Part shown: in pieces, positions 51,888 to 63,614 of the stretch
Layout of the letters: each line of letters opens with the position of its first letter
How positions within the stretch are numbered: the stretch's first letter is position 1
Assembly: GCA_963841505.1 (NCBI GenBank)
Contig: CAWJCZ010000006.1
Span: 139,573-203,572, forward strand
Length of the DNA: 64,000 nt
Direction: 5' to 3'
Origin: an uncultured Gemmatimonadales bacterium
GTDB lineage: Bacteria; Gemmatimonadota; Gemmatimonadetes; Gemmatimonadales; GWC2-71-9
The notes under the pieces: model-generated
Told to the model about the DNA's origin: nothing
Seen by the model: only the letters and a program-made list of their open reading frames with translations
Database searches by the model: none
Program-made: the position numbers and the translations under genes

Positions 51888-52838
51888 TTAGCCGTTCTGG
51901 TCCTCGGCGTAGGCCCGGATGATCGCGCGGACCAGCCGATGCCGGACCACGTCGGCTTCGCCCAGATAGCAGAACGCGATGCCCTCGATGCCGGGCAGGA
52001 TGCGCTCGATCTGGATCAGTCCCGATTCCTCCCGCTTGGGGAGGTCGATCTGGGTCTTGTCGCCGGTCACGACGACCTTGCTGTTCACCCCGATCCGGGT
52101 CAGGAACATCTTCATCTGGAGGCCGGTCGCGTTCTGAGCTTCGTCGAGAATGATGAACGCGTCGGAAAGGGTCCGGCCCCGCATGTACGCCAGCGGCGCG
52201 ATCTCGATGGTGCGTTGCTCGAGCGCCTTCTGGACCCGTTCCGGCGGCATCATGTCCTCGAGCGCGTCGTACAGCGGGCGGAGATAGGGATCGACCTTCG
52301 CCTGGAGGTCGCCGGGAAGGAAACCCGAGCGATTCGCCAGCCTCGACCGCCGGCCGAGCCAGGATGATCCGGCGGACCCGCTTGCGCGCCATCGTCTCCA
52401 CCGCCTTCGCCACGGCCAGATAGGTCTTTCCGGTCCCGGCCGGGCCGATGCTGACCACGATGTCGTGTGCCGCGATCGCCTGGACGTAGTCGCGCTGCCC
52501 GGAGGTCTTCGGGATGATCGCCCGGCGGAGGCCGGGAAGCACGATCTTCCCTTCGCCACCGGGGCGGCCGTTTCGGGAATGCCGTCCTGGGCGAACCGGC
52601 GGACGTCCTCCGCCGAGATCTCTTCACCCATCCGGGCGAGATCCAGCAGCGCCTGAGAAACCGCCGTCGCGAGCTCGACTTGTTCCGCGGTCCCGTTAAG
52701 GGAGAGGATATCGCCGCGGAGCGAGATCCTCGCGCCGGTGACCCGCTCGAGCTCGTTGAGATTGGCGTCGTTGACGCCGGCCAGCAGGAGCGGGTCGGCG
52801 CCCTCCACGTTCAGGCGATGAGATCGCTCTTCGCTCAT
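51888..52838 (-). CDS. phoH: PhoH-family ATPase (frameshifted)
   Basis: [48 protein letters not shown]. Confidence 0.95.
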   Translation of the reverse strand: MSEERSHRLNVEGADPLLLAGVNDANLNELERVTGARISLRGDILSLNGTAEQVELATAVSQALLDLARMGEEISAEDVRRFAQDGIPETAAPVAKGRSCFPASAGRSSRRPPGSATTSRRSRHTTSWSASARPGPERPIWPWRRRWRRWRASGSAGSSWLGRRSRLANRSGFLPGDLQAKVDPYLRPLYDALEDMMPPERVQKALEQRTIEIAPLAYMRGRTLSDAFIILDEAQNATGLQMKMFLTRIGVNSKVVVTGDKTQIDLPKREESGLIQIERILPGIEGIAFCYLGEADVVRHRLVRAIIRAYAEDQNG

Positions 52839-52847
52839 GGAGAGGTG

Positions 52848-54619
52848 CTAGGCATGCGCCGAGCAAGATGGAGATGCCGCCAGTTCGGCATCGCCGACCG
52901 GGGTGGGCGCGCCTTCGTACATCGCCCGCGCCGCGGTGGTTTTGGGAAACGCGATGACGTCGCGCAGCGAGTCCGCTCCCGCGAGCAGCATCACGGTGCG
53001 ATCGAATCCGATCGCGAAGCCGCCGTGCGGAGGCGCGCCCGAGGCCAGCGCGTCGAGCAGGAAGCCGAAGCGGCGCTGGATTTCCTCGGGCTCGATATGC
53101 AGCAGCCGGAAGACGGTCTGCTGCAGCGCGGGATCGATGATCCGAATCGAGCCGCTCCCCAGTTCCGTTCCGTTGTACACCGCATCGTAGTGGAGGGCCC
53201 GGCACCGGGCTGGATCGGTTTCCAGGAACGCCAGGTCGTCAGGGTGCGGTGCAGTGAAAGGATGGTGCGCGAAGGTGTAGCCTGCCGGTTTCCGGATCGG
53301 GCTCGAACAAGCGGGAAGTCGACCACCCAGAGAAATGCGTGAGGCCGGAGCGGGGCCGGGGCCAGGCGCTCGATCAACCGGCCGCGCACCGCGTTGAGCG
53401 CGGGAGAGGTCACCCGATCGGAGCCGGGGACCGCAAGCAGCAGATCGCCGTCGGCGGCAGCGAGCTGATTCGAGCGCTTACGCCCCGAGCGGCTTTGACA
53501 CCGGCACCCTCCCACGAGGAGCCGGAGCGCTTCGCCCAGATCAACGTGCTGCCCAGGTCCTTGACCTGAGCCGCCAGGGCATCGAGATCCTTTCGCCCCA
53601 GTACGCGCGCCTCCCGGCGCCAGGATGGCTGCGGAGGCGGCCCACCCGCGATCGATGCCTGAAGCCAGGGGGCCGCTTCGGAGCCGACCAGGCCGGTCCG
53701 ATCGGCAATCTCAAATCCATGGCGCAGATCCGGCTTGTCGGTCCCGAACCGCTCCATCGCCTCGGCCCAGGTCATTCGCTGGAAGGGCTGCTCGACCGTG
53801 CTGGCCGGCCTCCTGCCACAGGGCAACCAGAACCGATTCGACCGCCCGGAGCACGTCTTCCTGCGTGACGAAGGAGGCCTCGATATCGATTTGGGTGAAC
53901 TCGGGCTGCCGATCGGCCCGGAGGTCTTCATCGCGGAAGCAGCGCGCGATCTGGAAGTAGCGATCAAACCCGGCGACCATGAAAAGCTGTTTGTAGATCT
54001 GGGGCGACTGGGGCAGCGCGTAGAACTCACCCGGATGGATCCGGGAAGGAACCAGATAGTCACGCGCCCCCTCGGGAGTCGGCTTGGTGAGGATGGGGGT
54101 TTCGAGCTCGAGAAAGCCCTGCTCGGTGAGCGACCGGCGAGCCCGCTGGAGCAGGCGGTGGCGCAGCACCAGGTTGGCCTGAAGCTCGGGACGCCGCAGG
54201 TCGAGGATCCGGTGCTTCAGCCGGAGCTCTTCGGCGGGGAGCTCCTCGTTTTCCTTCCGGGCCACGGGAATCGCCGGCGTCGTCGCGGCGCTCACCACCG
54301 TCAGATCGGTGACCTGAATCTCGATTTCCCTCGAGATCATTCCGGGATCCCGGGCCGGCTGAGGCCGGAGGGCCACTGTGCCGGTGACCAGAATGACCGA
54401 TTCTAACCCGCAGGAGGCCGCCCGCTTGAGGATCGGCTCCGGAGTATGGGCCGGGTCGCAGGACAGTTGGACCAGGCCAAAACGGTCCCGGAGGTCGAGA
54501 AACACCAGTCCGCCAAGGTCACGGTTCCGGTGGACCCACCCCCCGACCTGAACGACTTGCCCGGCTTCGGCGCGGGAGAGTAACCCGGCTGCATGGGAGC
54601 GCAGCGACGTGGCGTGCAT
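52848..54619 (-). CDS. aspS: Aspartate-tRNA ligase (multiple frameshifts)
   Basis: [70 protein letters not shown]. Confidence 0.96.
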
Positions 54620-54685
54620 CGGGCAAACGTAACGAGCGCCTCCCGGGCGAATCAAGCAATGTGAAGTCGCTATTTTCCTCTCTGG

Positions 54686-55732
54686 ATGCCCACCTCGATC
54701 TTCGACGAGACCCCGGAACAGGCGGCCGCAACCCTGCGAGAGTGGTCGCGGGAACAGGGCCTGCCGGGCTATCGCGCCCACCAGGTCCATCACCGCCTCT
54801 GGCAGAGCCCCCTGGGGGAGTGGTCCCTGGCCACTGAGCTGCCCGGAAGCTTACGCGAGATCCTCGCGGAGCATTTCCCGATCCCCCGACTGCGCGTCGC
54901 AACCACGCAGCAATCCAGAGACGGCACCCGCAAATACCTCTGGCATCTGTCCGACAACGAGCCGATCGAGTCGGTTCTGATTCCTTCGGGAAAACGCAGG
55001 ACCCTCTGCATCTCGTCGCAGGTCGGGTGCGCCCTGGGATGCCAGTTCTGTGCAACGGGTCTGATGGGATTCCGGCGCAACCTCACCCCCTTCGAGATTG
55101 CCGGACAGGTTCGGGAAATCGTGCTGGCCAACCCGGAAGACCGTCCCACCAACATCGTGTTCATGGGGATGGGAGAGCCTCTGCTCAACTGGAGCGCGGT
55201 CACAACCGCCCTTACCATCCTCAATCATCCTGAAGGCCTGGGCATCGGGGCGCGCCACATCACGATCTCCACGGTGGGCATCGTTCCCGGCATGGCGGAG
55301 CTCGCGAAGCGCCCGGAACAGTTTCGTCTCGCGATTTCCCTGCACGCTCCGGACGGCGCCACACGGCTCCGGCTCATGCCCATCCAGAAGAAATATCCCC
55401 TGGCCGAGGTCCTCGAGGCTGCCCGACCCTTTCGCCGAAGACTGACGTTCGAATACGTGCTCATCGCGGACGCCAACGATTCCGACCGGGACGCCGACCG
55501 GCTCGCCAAACTGGCCAGGAGCCTCGATGCCCACGTGAACCTGCTCCCCCTGCATCCCGGCGGTGCACCTGGTCTCGTGCCCAGCGCACCAGAACGCATT
55601 CGCGGGTTTGCCGAGCGGCTGCGAAACCAGGGTGTCGAGGCGGTGGTCCGGAAGAGCCGTGGCCTGGATATCGATGCTGCCTGTGGCCAGTTGTTCGTCG
55701 CCATGGAGAAAAAACGACCCGTCAGGTCCTGA
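54686..55732 (+). CDS. rlmN: 23S rRNA m2A2503 / tRNA methyltransferase RlmN
   Basis: CISSQVGCALGCQFCATG, MGMGEP, AISLH, DAACGQL. Confidence 0.96.
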   Translation: MPTSIFDETPEQAAATLREWSREQGLPGYRAHQVHHRLWQSPLGEWSLATELPGSLREILAEHFPIPRLRVATTQQSRDGTRKYLWHLSDNEPIESVLIPSGKRRTLCISSQVGCALGCQFCATGLMGFRRNLTPFEIAGQVREIVLANPEDRPTNIVFMGMGEPLLNWSAVTTALTILNHPEGLGIGARHITISTVGIVPGMAELAKRPEQFRLAISLHAPDGATRLRLMPIQKKYPLAEVLEAARPFRRRLTFEYVLIADANDSDRDADRLAKLARSLDAHVNLLPLHPGGAPGLVPSAPERIRGFAERLRNQGVEAVVRKSRGLDIDAACGQLFVAMEKKRPVRS

Positions 55733-55737
55733 CCGCG

Positions 55738-57051
55738 GTGCTGCGGTTTGCCACCCGGGTCTTCTTCCGACGCCTGGAGACAGCGGGGGTCGATCGGGTT
55801 CCCCCCACGGGCCCGCTCCTGCTGGTGCTGAACCATCCCAATTCCCTGGTGGATCCGGTTTTCCTCTTCACCATGACTCCGAGACCGGTCTCCGTGCTGG
55901 CGAAAGAACCCCTGTTTCACATGCCGATCATCGGAAGGCTGGTTCGCGCCATGGGATCGATTCCGGTGGAACGCCGCCAGGATGCGGGCGCCGATCTGGC
56001 CAGGAATCGGGAAATGTTCGCGCGGGTTCGCCGACATCTTTCGGCGGGCGGGGCAATCGCCCTGTTCCCCGAAGGCACCAGTCACAGCGACCCCAGGCTC
56101 CGGCCCCTCCGCACCGGCGCGGCGAGAATCGCGCTCGGCGTGCAGGCGGAGGTGCGGCTCCAGATTCAGCCGGTCGGCATCTTCTACACGGCCAAGGAAA
56201 CCTTTCGGAGCGCGGCGCTGGTGTACTTCGGGACCCCGTTTCCGGTGGCCCCAACCGAGCTCGATGCCCTTGGCGAGCCTCCCGCCGCATCAGTTCAGGC
56301 TCTCACCGACGAAATAGCGAGAGGCCTCGCCGAAGTGACGCTCCAGGCCGATCAGCTCGAGGCCCACGAACTGGTCGCGCGCACCGAACGGATCCTGGCG
56401 AGCGCTCGGCGCCCCGGTGACACGGCCCCCCGCCCCGACCTGTCCGAAGAGTTCGCATTCAGGCGCCGCCTGCTGGACGGGTACTCGCTGCTGCTGCAGC
56501 AGGATCCGGTTCGATTGGAACGGCTCCGGCGCCGGGTTCAGCGCCTGGAGAACCGTCTGGAGGGCGCCGGGATCGATCCATGGGATGTTCCGGTCGGTCC
56601 CTTCCGGGCCTCCCGTGGAATCGGCACCATCGCGGTGTTCCTCCTTCGGTTTCTGATCCTTCTGCCCTTGGGCGTGCCGGGGCTTCTGCTCCACTTCCTT
56701 CCCTACCGATTGGTGGGCGCACTCGCGAAACGCGCGGCGAAGGGATACGGTGACGTGCTCGCCACTGCGAAGCTGATCGCCGCGGCGGTGGTGTTCCCCG
56801 CGACCTGGCTGATGGCCGGCGCGCTGGTCTGGTGGCAGGCCGGGGCGGTTCCCGGCATGGCGGCGCTTCTCGTGGCCCCCCTCAGCGGGTATGCGGCGCT
56901 CCGTCTCATCGAGACCGGAGATCGCGCCACAGGCGCTGCCCGCGCTCTGACGTTCTGGCTGGGGGGGAAGCAACGAGTCTTCCGGCTCCAGCAACGCCGG
57001 CAACGATTGCGGGAAGAGCTGGTTCGACTGGCTGGAGAGCTGGGCGTCTAG
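55738..57051 (+). CDS. Phospholipid/glycerol acyltransferase with C-terminal TM region
   Basis: NHPNSLVD (HX4D), IPVERRQD, FPEGTS. Confidence 0.9.
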   Translation: MLRFATRVFFRRLETAGVDRVPPTGPLLLVLNHPNSLVDPVFLFTMTPRPVSVLAKEPLFHMPIIGRLVRAMGSIPVERRQDAGADLARNREMFARVRRHLSAGGAIALFPEGTSHSDPRLRPLRTGAARIALGVQAEVRLQIQPVGIFYTAKETFRSAALVYFGTPFPVAPTELDALGEPPAASVQALTDEIARGLAEVTLQADQLEAHELVARTERILASARRPGDTAPRPDLSEEFAFRRRLLDGYSLLLQQDPVRLERLRRRVQRLENRLEGAGIDPWDVPVGPFRASRGIGTIAVFLLRFLILLPLGVPGLLLHFLPYRLVGALAKRAAKGYGDVLATAKLIAAAVVFPATWLMAGALVWWQAGAVPGMAALLVAPLSGYAALRLIETGDRATGAARALTFWLGGKQRVFRLQQRRQRLREELVRLAGELGV

Positions 57052-57498
57052 CTAACGAATCTCCGGGGCCGGATAGTCCGCGCCCAGCAGCACCGTGACG
57101 TCGAGGCGGAGCAGTGTGTCGAGTGCTACCCGGATCCCCTCGAGACCCAGGGCCCGGGCAACCTTGAGCGCAGCGGTGGAATCACCCCGTCGGAGCACCA
57201 CTTCGGTCGTGCGAATGGAATCGCGGGTGCCGAAGAACATCACGTCGAAACCCTGGTCCCGGAGTTTCCGGGTCACCACCCTCGCCAGTCCCTGACGACC
57301 CGAGCCGTTGAGCACTTCCACCGTGATGCCGGTGGACTCCGGGACCCGCACCACCCCGGGCTGCGCCGGCGTGGTGCGGGGGCGAAGCAACGCCCAGCCC
57401 AGTCCCCCGACCAGCAGGAGAAGGACCGCGATGCCTAACGCGCGGAGGTGGGTGCGAGACCGTTCCAGAAGCGCCATGTCGTCGAAGGAATCGCCCAT
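57052..57498 (-). CDS. LytR C-terminal domain membrane protein
   Basis: TM, then VEVLNGSGRQGLA...DVTVLLGAD. Confidence 0.88.
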   Translation of the reverse strand: MGDSFDDMALLERSRTHLRALGIAVLLLLVGGLGWALLRPRTTPAQPGVVRVPESTGITVEVLNGSGRQGLARVVTRKLRDQGFDVMFFGTRDSIRTTEVVLRRGDSTAALKVARALGLEGIRVALDTLLRLDVTVLLGADYPAPEIR

Positions 57499-58013
57499 CC
57501 CGAGTGAATGAGATGCAGCAGGCGGAGCCTGGCCACCTCATGGAGTACGGCCTGCGGATCCCAGGGAAACCGCTCGGCCAGAGCTACCCGGGTCGGATTC
57601 GATTCCTTGCGTCCCGGCTCCAGGAAATCCGCACAGTAGAGCACTCGCCCGACCATGTCCCACTCCGCTAGTCCGACCGAATGATACCGCACCGCGTCGA
57701 GGACTCCGCGGTCCGTTTCTCCTTCCGCTTTTGCCCGGGAGGCGCTGGCCGGACCATGCAGGAGCTCAGCCGGACCCGGCACCGAGGGCGCCAGCCCGAG
57801 GAGTACGTCCTTGGGGGCATCACGCAGGGCGTCGTGTAGCCACACCGCCTTGAGCCAGCGATTTCGTTCCGAATCGGGAGTGCCCATATCGTTGCTCCAG
57901 CCCGCCACCACGGCCGCCACCCGCTGGATGTGCGCCAGACGTTTAGGACCGACTTGGGCCCAGGCCGGCAGCGTGGGCCGAAGTTCAGCCGGTACCCGCG
58001 GCGTCCCGCTCAT
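57435..58013 (-). CDS. yqeK: HD-domain protein, YqeK-like Ap4A hydrolase
   Basis: RLAHIQRV, WLHD, LLHGPA, AVRYHS, LYCADFLEP. Confidence 0.8.
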   Translation of the reverse strand: MSGTPRVPAELRPTLPAWAQVGPKRLAHIQRVAAVVAGWSNDMGTPDSERNRWLKAVWLHDALRDAPKDVLLGLAPSVPGPAELLHGPASASRAKAEGETDRGVLDAVRYHSVGLAEWDMVGRVLYCADFLEPGRKESNPTRVALAERFPWDPQAVLHEVARLRLLHLIHSGWAIPSTTWRFWNGLAPTSAR

Positions 58014-58032
58014 CCTCGGAAGGTATCAAGGC

Positions 58033-58455
58033 TCAGAAACCCTGACCGGCCAGCTCCTGGAGCTCACGTTTCCAGAAATCACGGCTGGGCAACCCCGGAT
58101 GGGGAAGCGCCAGTCCGGGCTCCTCCAGGACGAGGGCGCCGAAGCGCACCAGATCGAGATCGAGGGTCCGGGAAGCCCAGCGCACCCGACGATCTCGTCC
58201 CGCCTCCGCTTCGATCGCCTGGCAGGCGAGCAGCAGCTCGTGGGGCGAAAGCGCGGTCTCCAAGACCACCATCTGGTTGAGATAGGGGGGCTGGGCCAGC
58301 CCGCCGAGTGGCTCGGTCTGTTCGATGGACGAGGAGGCGAGCAGGCGGGTTCCGGGGAGCGTGGCCAGTCGCTCCCTCGCCAATGTGAGGTGACGTTCCC
58401 GGTCTCCCAGATTGCTGCCGAGCGCGACGTAGGCCCGCGCCGACGCCCGGGTCAT
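58033..58455 (-). CDS. folK: 2-amino-4-hydroxy-6-hydroxymethyldihydropteridine diphosphokinase
   Basis: [30 protein letters not shown]. Confidence 0.95.
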   Translation of the reverse strand: MTRASARAYVALGSNLGDRERHLTLARERLATLPGTRLLASSSIEQTEPLGGLAQPPYLNQMVVLETALSPHELLLACQAIEAEAGRDRRVRWASRTLDLDLVRFGALVLEEPGLALPHPGLPSRDFWKRELQELAGQGF

Positions 58456-60497
58456 TCGGCTCGCGCGAAGGACCGGGAGATTTTCGCCAGCTCCACTGCG
58501 ACGCGTTCGAGCTCCCCGATCGAGGTCTCCAGATCGCGGCTGCTCTGCCCGATCGCCGCGCTCTCGCGGCTCAGGCGGTCGCCCTGCGGTCCGGTCTGGT
58601 CCGCCGCTTCGAGCATGACCCGGAGTCCGGTTTCCAGCTTCCGAACCATCTGCTCCTGCGAAGCGGCTGAATCAGAGATGGACCTGGCCTGCCGTCCGGC
58701 ATCCTGCGATGCCTCGACCACCACATCGAGCGCCTGCGACGCTGACCCCGCGAGCCGTTCCATCTCCTCCACCAGCTTCCTTCCGTTCTCCATCCGGGTG
58801 GCAAGTGTCGCGACGCCCCGGGCCATTTCGGCGGCGAGTCGTGCCGCATCGCCGCCCGCGCCGGCGCTCTGAATCGCAAGCTGCCGGATCTCCTCGGCGA
58901 CCACCACGAACCCGCGTCCGGACTCACCGGCCCGCTGCGCCTCGATCGCGGCATTGAGCGCGATGACATTGGTGAGCTCGGCGATCTCCGCAATCGAGGA
59001 CAGGAAGGTGCGGATCCTCGCGGCGGTGGCGCCGAGCGACTGGACCGCCCGGGTTCCGCTGGAGACCACATCGCGAAGCCCGGAGAGCCGCTCCAGCGCC
59101 TCCCCGATTTCCTCCTGGTGCCGAGCCGAGGCGGCCGAAGCGCGTTCGCTGCTCATCGCGGCCCGGTTGCCACTCTGGCCGCTGGTGCCTGAGAGGTGGA
59201 AGAGATCGCCGGCCGCCTGGAGTCCGTCATGGGCGGCCCGCTGCTCGGTGGAAGTCTCCCGTCTGAGGACCTGCGCCGCGGTCTCGAGTGAACCGGCAAT
59301 GGATTTCAGGGTCGATGCCGCTTTGGCGAGCCCATGGATCTGATTGGCGATCTGCTCCACCAGACCGGGAAGCGGCTGGCGAAGGTCGCCCAGATGGATT
59401 GCCACCGCCATCTGATCACCGAGACTTCGGATCAAACGGATGTCCCGGGTACCGAAGGGCGCGCGCCGAGGCTCGGTCAGCTCCATGGTGCCGAGGGAAG
59501 TCCCGGCCTGCCGAAGCGGATGGATGGTGACCCCGTGAATCGTAATACGGGCGCCCAGTTCCATCGCTCGAATCCGGGAATCGCTGCGACCCGACTCGTC
59601 ATCGGCGCTGGTCCGTGCGAACCCGGAGCGGTACGCCAGCCTCGGCCCGTTCTCCGTCCCGGAGCGATACACCCGGAAATCGTCCCAGTCGATCATGCGC
59701 CGGGCCAAACGCTCCACACCGGCATACGCATCGCCCATCGCCGTCGGGGTGACCCCCAGCCTCAGCGCGTGGATCTCGCTTTGAAGCTCGCGAGCGATGA
59801 GGTCCTGGAGCAGAACCCGGACCAGGAGACCAAAGAGGCCCAGCACCATCGCGGCGAAAATCCAGCCCACCAGGTCGAACCGGCCCAGACTCCAGACCGC
59901 GAACCCGGTGCCGGCGAGCGTGAACAGGAAGCCGATCACTTCCCACCGCACCACGAACCCGCGATCGCCGGGGTCCAGCGTCTGATCGAGCATCGAGAGC
60001 CCGAGTCCGAGCACCAGTCTCACCGCGAGCCAGATCCCCGCGAACATGGCGGCGGGAAGCACCAACGCCAGTGTGGGGGATGCCCCTTGGATGGAGACGA
60101 GGCCGGCAGCGAAAAAGCCGTAGCCCGTCGCGAAGGCGACCATTTCCCTGCCCGCTTCGACCAGCCCCGCCCGGACCCCTCGCCGGCGCAGCATCGCCTC
60201 GGAAATGAGAACGGCGGGAAAGAGACCCAGCATCCCCGTCACAGCCGGCAGGGTAAGTCCGGCGATCAGCACCACGATCCCGGTCTGGGTCAGGGACCAT
60301 CCTCGAAGCAGCGGGATCGACAGAAAGCGGAGGCCGAGCGTCGCGACGAAGACCGCCAGCGAGGAGAGGAGCAAACCCTTCCACCGCGGATCGAACAGGA
60401 GCTCCACGATGACAAGGAACGCACCGATCCCGGCGATCGCAGTTTCCAATCGGCGGGCCACCGTCCAGCCCGGAGGGGGATCAGAGGAAATAGTCAC
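58452..60497 (-). CDS. Methyl-accepting chemotaxis-like protein (multi-TM + GAF-like + MA domain)
   Basis: About 8 TM segments; GAF-like IHPLR..SLG; hairpin tip [33 protein letters not shown]. Confidence 0.88.
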   Translation of the reverse strand: MTISSDPPPGWTVARRLETAIAGIGAFLVIVELLFDPRWKGLLLSSLAVFVATLGLRFLSIPLLRGWSLTQTGIVVLIAGLTLPAVTGMLGLFPAVLISEAMLRRRGVRAGLVEAGREMVAFATGYGFFAAGLVSIQGASPTLALVLPAAMFAGIWLAVRLVLGLGLSMLDQTLDPGDRGFVVRWEVIGFLFTLAGTGFAVWSLGRFDLVGWIFAAMVLGLFGLLVRVLLQDLIARELQSEIHALRLGVTPTAMGDAYAGVERLARRMIDWDDFRVYRSGTENGPRLAYRSGFARTSADDESGRSDSRIRAMELGARITIHGVTIHPLRQAGTSLGTMELTEPRRAPFGTRDIRLIRSLGDQMAVAIHLGDLRQPLPGLVEQIANQIHGLAKAASTLKSIAGSLETAAQVLRRETSTEQRAAHDGLQAAGDLFHLSGTSGQSGNRAAMSSERASAASARHQEEIGEALERLSGLRDVVSSGTRAVQSLGATAARIRTFLSSIAEIAELTNVIALNAAIEAQRAGESGRGFVVVAEEIRQLAIQSAGAGGDAARLAAEMARGVATLATRMENGRKLVEEMERLAGSASQALDVVVEASQDAGRQARSISDSAASQEQMVRKLETGLRVMLEAADQTGPQGDRLSRESAAIGQSSRDLETSIGELERVAVELAKISRSFARAE

Positions 60498-61920
60498 CGA
60501 CCGTCAGTCCATAACGCTCAGGGTTGGTGACCTTGACGATCGAGCGCGCATAGGAGCCGTCCGGGCCACGCTCGGTCAGGTCCGCCGAAAGCCCCGGGGG
60601 TGGCAGCGTGCCGCCCCGGCCATCCATCGCAATCCTCACCCGCGGACGGTTGAGGAGCTGCTGGTCGGCATTGGGCTGGGAAACGATCGCGACTTCGAGC
60701 GTATCGAGGATCACGCAGGTCCCCACCGGATAGACGCCCAGCAGGTTGATCAGCGCCTTGACGATGGTGGGATCGAACCCGCGCTTCGGGTTGGTCCACA
60801 TCTCTCGAAGGACCTGGTCCGGTTCGATCGGCTCGGTCTGGTAGGCCCGTCGGGTGGTCGCCGCATCGTACCCATCGGCGACCGCGACGATCCGGGTGAA
60901 CACGCCGAGGGAGCGGGGCCGGATCGACCGGGGGTAGCCGCCCAGATCGGTTTTCATGTGATGCTCGTGCGCCACGAGAATCGCATGATAGGGAATCTCG
61001 GCATAGCCGCGCAGGCTGAAGAGAGTCATGGCACCCCGCCACGGATGCGCCTGGATGAGACGCCACTCGTCCTCGGTGAGATCGCGGCTCTTGTTCAGGA
61101 CCTCGATCGGGATCCGCGACTTGCCCACGTCGTGAAGCAGCGCGGTCATCCCAAGGTCGTACAGCTGCAGCTTGGTGAGACCGATCTTCCTTCCCAGCGC
61201 AACCGCGAAGATGCAGACATTCACCGAGTGGGTGAAGGTGTATTCGTCGTAGTCGCGGAGGGCAGTGAGCCCCATGATGGAGGTTTCGTTGGTGAGGACC
61301 TGATCGACGATCATCTGCACCGCGCGCTTGATGCGCTTGACGCCGCTGGTCCGTCCCAGCCGGATGCTGTTGACTACCTCCTTGGTGACGGCCACGCCGT
61401 GGGAGTATGTCCGCTTGGCCACCTCCCGGGCCTCCTCCGAAGCCAGCCCGTCGGCGGTTTCGGTTGCGGGCTCCACGTCGAGGTGCGGGCAACCGGCCTG
61501 GCCGAGCCGCTCCACCAGCGCGGTGTAGCGATCCTCGACCTTGGCCTCCGATGAAAGACTGAGCAGGATGCTGAGGAGCGCCTGCCATTCTCGGCGCTCG
61601 ACATCCCGAAACACCCGGAAGACCCCGATATCGAACGTCCGGAAGGTCGTAAGCAGGCCGCTGAACGCGGCGAAATTGTCGAGCTCAAGGCGGAGCCGGG
61701 TCCCATTCACGAAGAGAAAGTCGCCCGCCAGACGAAGCTCGAGCTCGGGGTCCCGCTCGAGCAGGTGTGCCGCTGAGTTCTGGAGCTCATCGAGCGAGCG
61801 CTGCACCGCGGTATTCTCGACCGGATAGAGCTTGAGGGCTCGCAAGGCCGCATAGAACGACAGCAAAAACGCCCGGCCGGAGTGTCGAAAGAAGGCTTCG
61901 TCGCGGGGAGGCTCGCTCAT
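60481..61920 (-). CDS. HD-GYP domain cyclic-dinucleotide phosphodiesterase
   Basis: [20 protein letters not shown]...[19 protein letters not shown]. Confidence 0.92.
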   Translation of the reverse strand: MSEPPRDEAFFRHSGRAFLLSFYAALRALKLYPVENTAVQRSLDELQNSAAHLLERDPELELRLAGDFLFVNGTRLRLELDNFAAFSGLLTTFRTFDIGVFRVFRDVERREWQALLSILLSLSSEAKVEDRYTALVERLGQAGCPHLDVEPATETADGLASEEAREVAKRTYSHGVAVTKEVVNSIRLGRTSGVKRIKRAVQMIVDQVLTNETSIMGLTALRDYDEYTFTHSVNVCIFAVALGRKIGLTKLQLYDLGMTALLHDVGKSRIPIEVLNKSRDLTEDEWRLIQAHPWRGAMTLFSLRGYAEIPYHAILVAHEHHMKTDLGGYPRSIRPRSLGVFTRIVAVADGYDAATTRRAYQTEPIEPDQVLREMWTNPKRGFDPTIVKALINLLGVYPVGTCVILDTLEVAIVSQPNADQQLLNRPRVRIAMDGRGGTLPPPGLSADLTERGPDGSYARSIVKVTNPERYGLTVGDYFL

Positions 61921-63614
61921 GCACGCCAATCGCGGAGCGCTCGAACCGCCGCGTTCCGTACCGGGAGGTCCTTGTCGTTCTGGAGCCGCTCCAGGAGATC
62001 TCTCGCCTCGGGAACCTGAATCCGCGCCACCGCATAGGCGGCACAGGTGCGGACCTCGCTGGATTCCTTGCGACGGAAGAGTCCCTTGGGCTCGATCAGA
62101 TCGCTGAGCTGGGGAAGCACGGCCGGACCGCCAAGGGTCGCATAGGCCTCGAAGAACTGCCGACGCTCGGCGCGCTCGAGCTCGTGCTCCCCCTTGCCGA
62201 GGACGATATTCTCGAGGCGTCGCAACGCTCCCCGAAAGCCCCGTTCGACCACCAGGGTGACCGCGGCGAGCCGCACCCCGCGATCGGCATCGTCGAGTCC
62301 TTTCTCCAGCGAAGCCAGTGCACCGGGTGATCCCACCGCGCCAAGCGCCTGGATCGCGGAGCGCCGCACCGTGGCCTCCCGGTGCGACAGCAGTTTGTCG
62401 AGCGAGGGGACTGCCGGTCCGAGCTTGAGCCGGCCCGCGAGAGCGATCGCCCCGGAAAGGGCCTCCGATTCCACGTCCCCAAGCAGGGCCAGCAATGTTT
62501 CCACGTGAGCCGCCCCGAGCCGGTCGACCGACAGCTCCAGGACCTGGCGCACCGCCGGCCGTTTGAGGCTGGGCAGAAACGTGAGCATCGTCTCGAGCCC
62601 CTGGGCGTGCAGCTCTCCCAGGACCAGACCGATGTCCTCTTCCTCGAAAACCATCGTCGAGTCTTCCAGGGCCTGAAGCAGCTGGGCCAGAATTGCCGGC
62701 TCAGAAAGGCTGGCCTGGAAGGACTCGAGCCGCTGCCGCAACGCCGGATCGAGCACCGAGATGCGGAGCGCAATCGCGCGGAACTCACGGAGCAGCTGGG
62801 CCACGGTCCGGAATTCGCCGCGATTCAGCAGGTTCGGGAACAGCTGGTCGAAGAGGTCGAGCACCTCACCGCGAATCGCAGGCGCGGGCTGGAGCTCGAA
62901 GGTGTCGAGCAGCGCATCGAAAGAGGCCAGGCGCACGTCACGGGTGTATTCGTCCGCCACCTGATCGGCAAGCCTCTGGACCTCCTGCGGCTCGAGGAAG
63001 TACAGGGTGGAGTCGAACTCCTCCATCTCCGGAAGCAATCCCTGATTCTGGACCACCTCGGAGACGACCTGCTCGTGGTTGGTTGCCGCCGCGGCTTCCG
63101 GCTCCGCTCCACCGAATCCCATCGGGTGCGGCTCGAGCGAGAGTACTCCATCGCCGGCGCTCTCGGCAAACTGATAATCGACGAAGAGGAACTCCTGCTC
63201 CCACAGCAGCGTGAGGAGGTCGTCGGCTGCGTCTCCCGACAGGAGCCGGGCTCGGGTGACGACTTGCAGCAAGCTGACGATCTCTTCGCCCTCGACCCCG
63301 GGCCGGAACCGCAGCATGCGCATTCCGTCCTTGTACAGCATCCAGGCAAGGCTCTCGGCCCGGGTCGGCTGGTGATAGACGACCTGCTCTTCCCAGACGA
63401 GATCCGTCTCGGTGACCGTGAACACCAGGTGCGGCGTACTGGACCAGATCGGAAGGAAGGCGTCATGAATCGCCTGCTGGCTCCGCTGATACATCGGGTT
63501 GTTCGGGGGATACATCTGAAACGCGCGGAGGCCCTTGTTGAGCACCTTGACGAGCTCTTCCACCTGCTGGACGGGCAGGGCCAGGTCGGCGCCGGAAGGG
63601 GGAGGCATCGTCAC
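61917..63614 (-). CDS. HEAT-repeat protein
   Basis: C-terminal HEAT/PBS repeats (VRRSAIQALG, VRLAAV, VRTCAAYAV, VRNAAVRAL); ATGA-coupled to the HD-GYP gene. Confidence 0.85.
   Translation of the reverse strand: MTMPPPSGADLALPVQQVEELVKVLNKGLRAFQMYPPNNPMYQRSQQAIHDAFLPIWSSTPHLVFTVTETDLVWEEQVVYHQPTRAESLAWMLYKDGMRMLRFRPGVEGEEIVSLLQVVTRARLLSGDAADDLLTLLWEQEFLFVDYQFAESAGDGVLSLEPHPMGFGGAEPEAAAATNHEQVVSEVVQNQGLLPEMEEFDSTLYFLEPQEVQRLADQVADEYTRDVRLASFDALLDTFELQPAPAIRGEVLDLFDQLFPNLLNRGEFRTVAQLLREFRAIALRISVLDPALRQRLESFQASLSEPAILAQLLQALEDSTMVFEEEDIGLVLGELHAQGLETMLTFLPSLKRPAVRQVLELSVDRLGAAHVETLLALLGDVESEALSGAIALAGRLKLGPAVPSLDKLLSHREATVRRSAIQALGAVGSPGALASLEKGLDDADRGVRLAAVTLVVERGFRGALRRLENIVLGKGEHELERAERRQFFEAYATLGGPAVLPQLSDLIEPKGLFRRKESSEVRTCAAYAVARIQVPEARDLLERLQNDKDLPVRNAAVRALRDWRA

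Noticed and set aside
54330..54550. Calling AspRS discriminating or non-discriminating
   Set aside because: RDLGG suggests the discriminating type, but the second diagnostic position is ambiguous; it cannot be decided by eye.
1002..54619. Numerous frameshifts as pseudogenes or programmed frameshifting
   Set aside because: They hit essential genes (gmk, aspS), often at homopolymers and in clusters, which is typical of unpolished long reads. I saw no consistent slippery-site signal.
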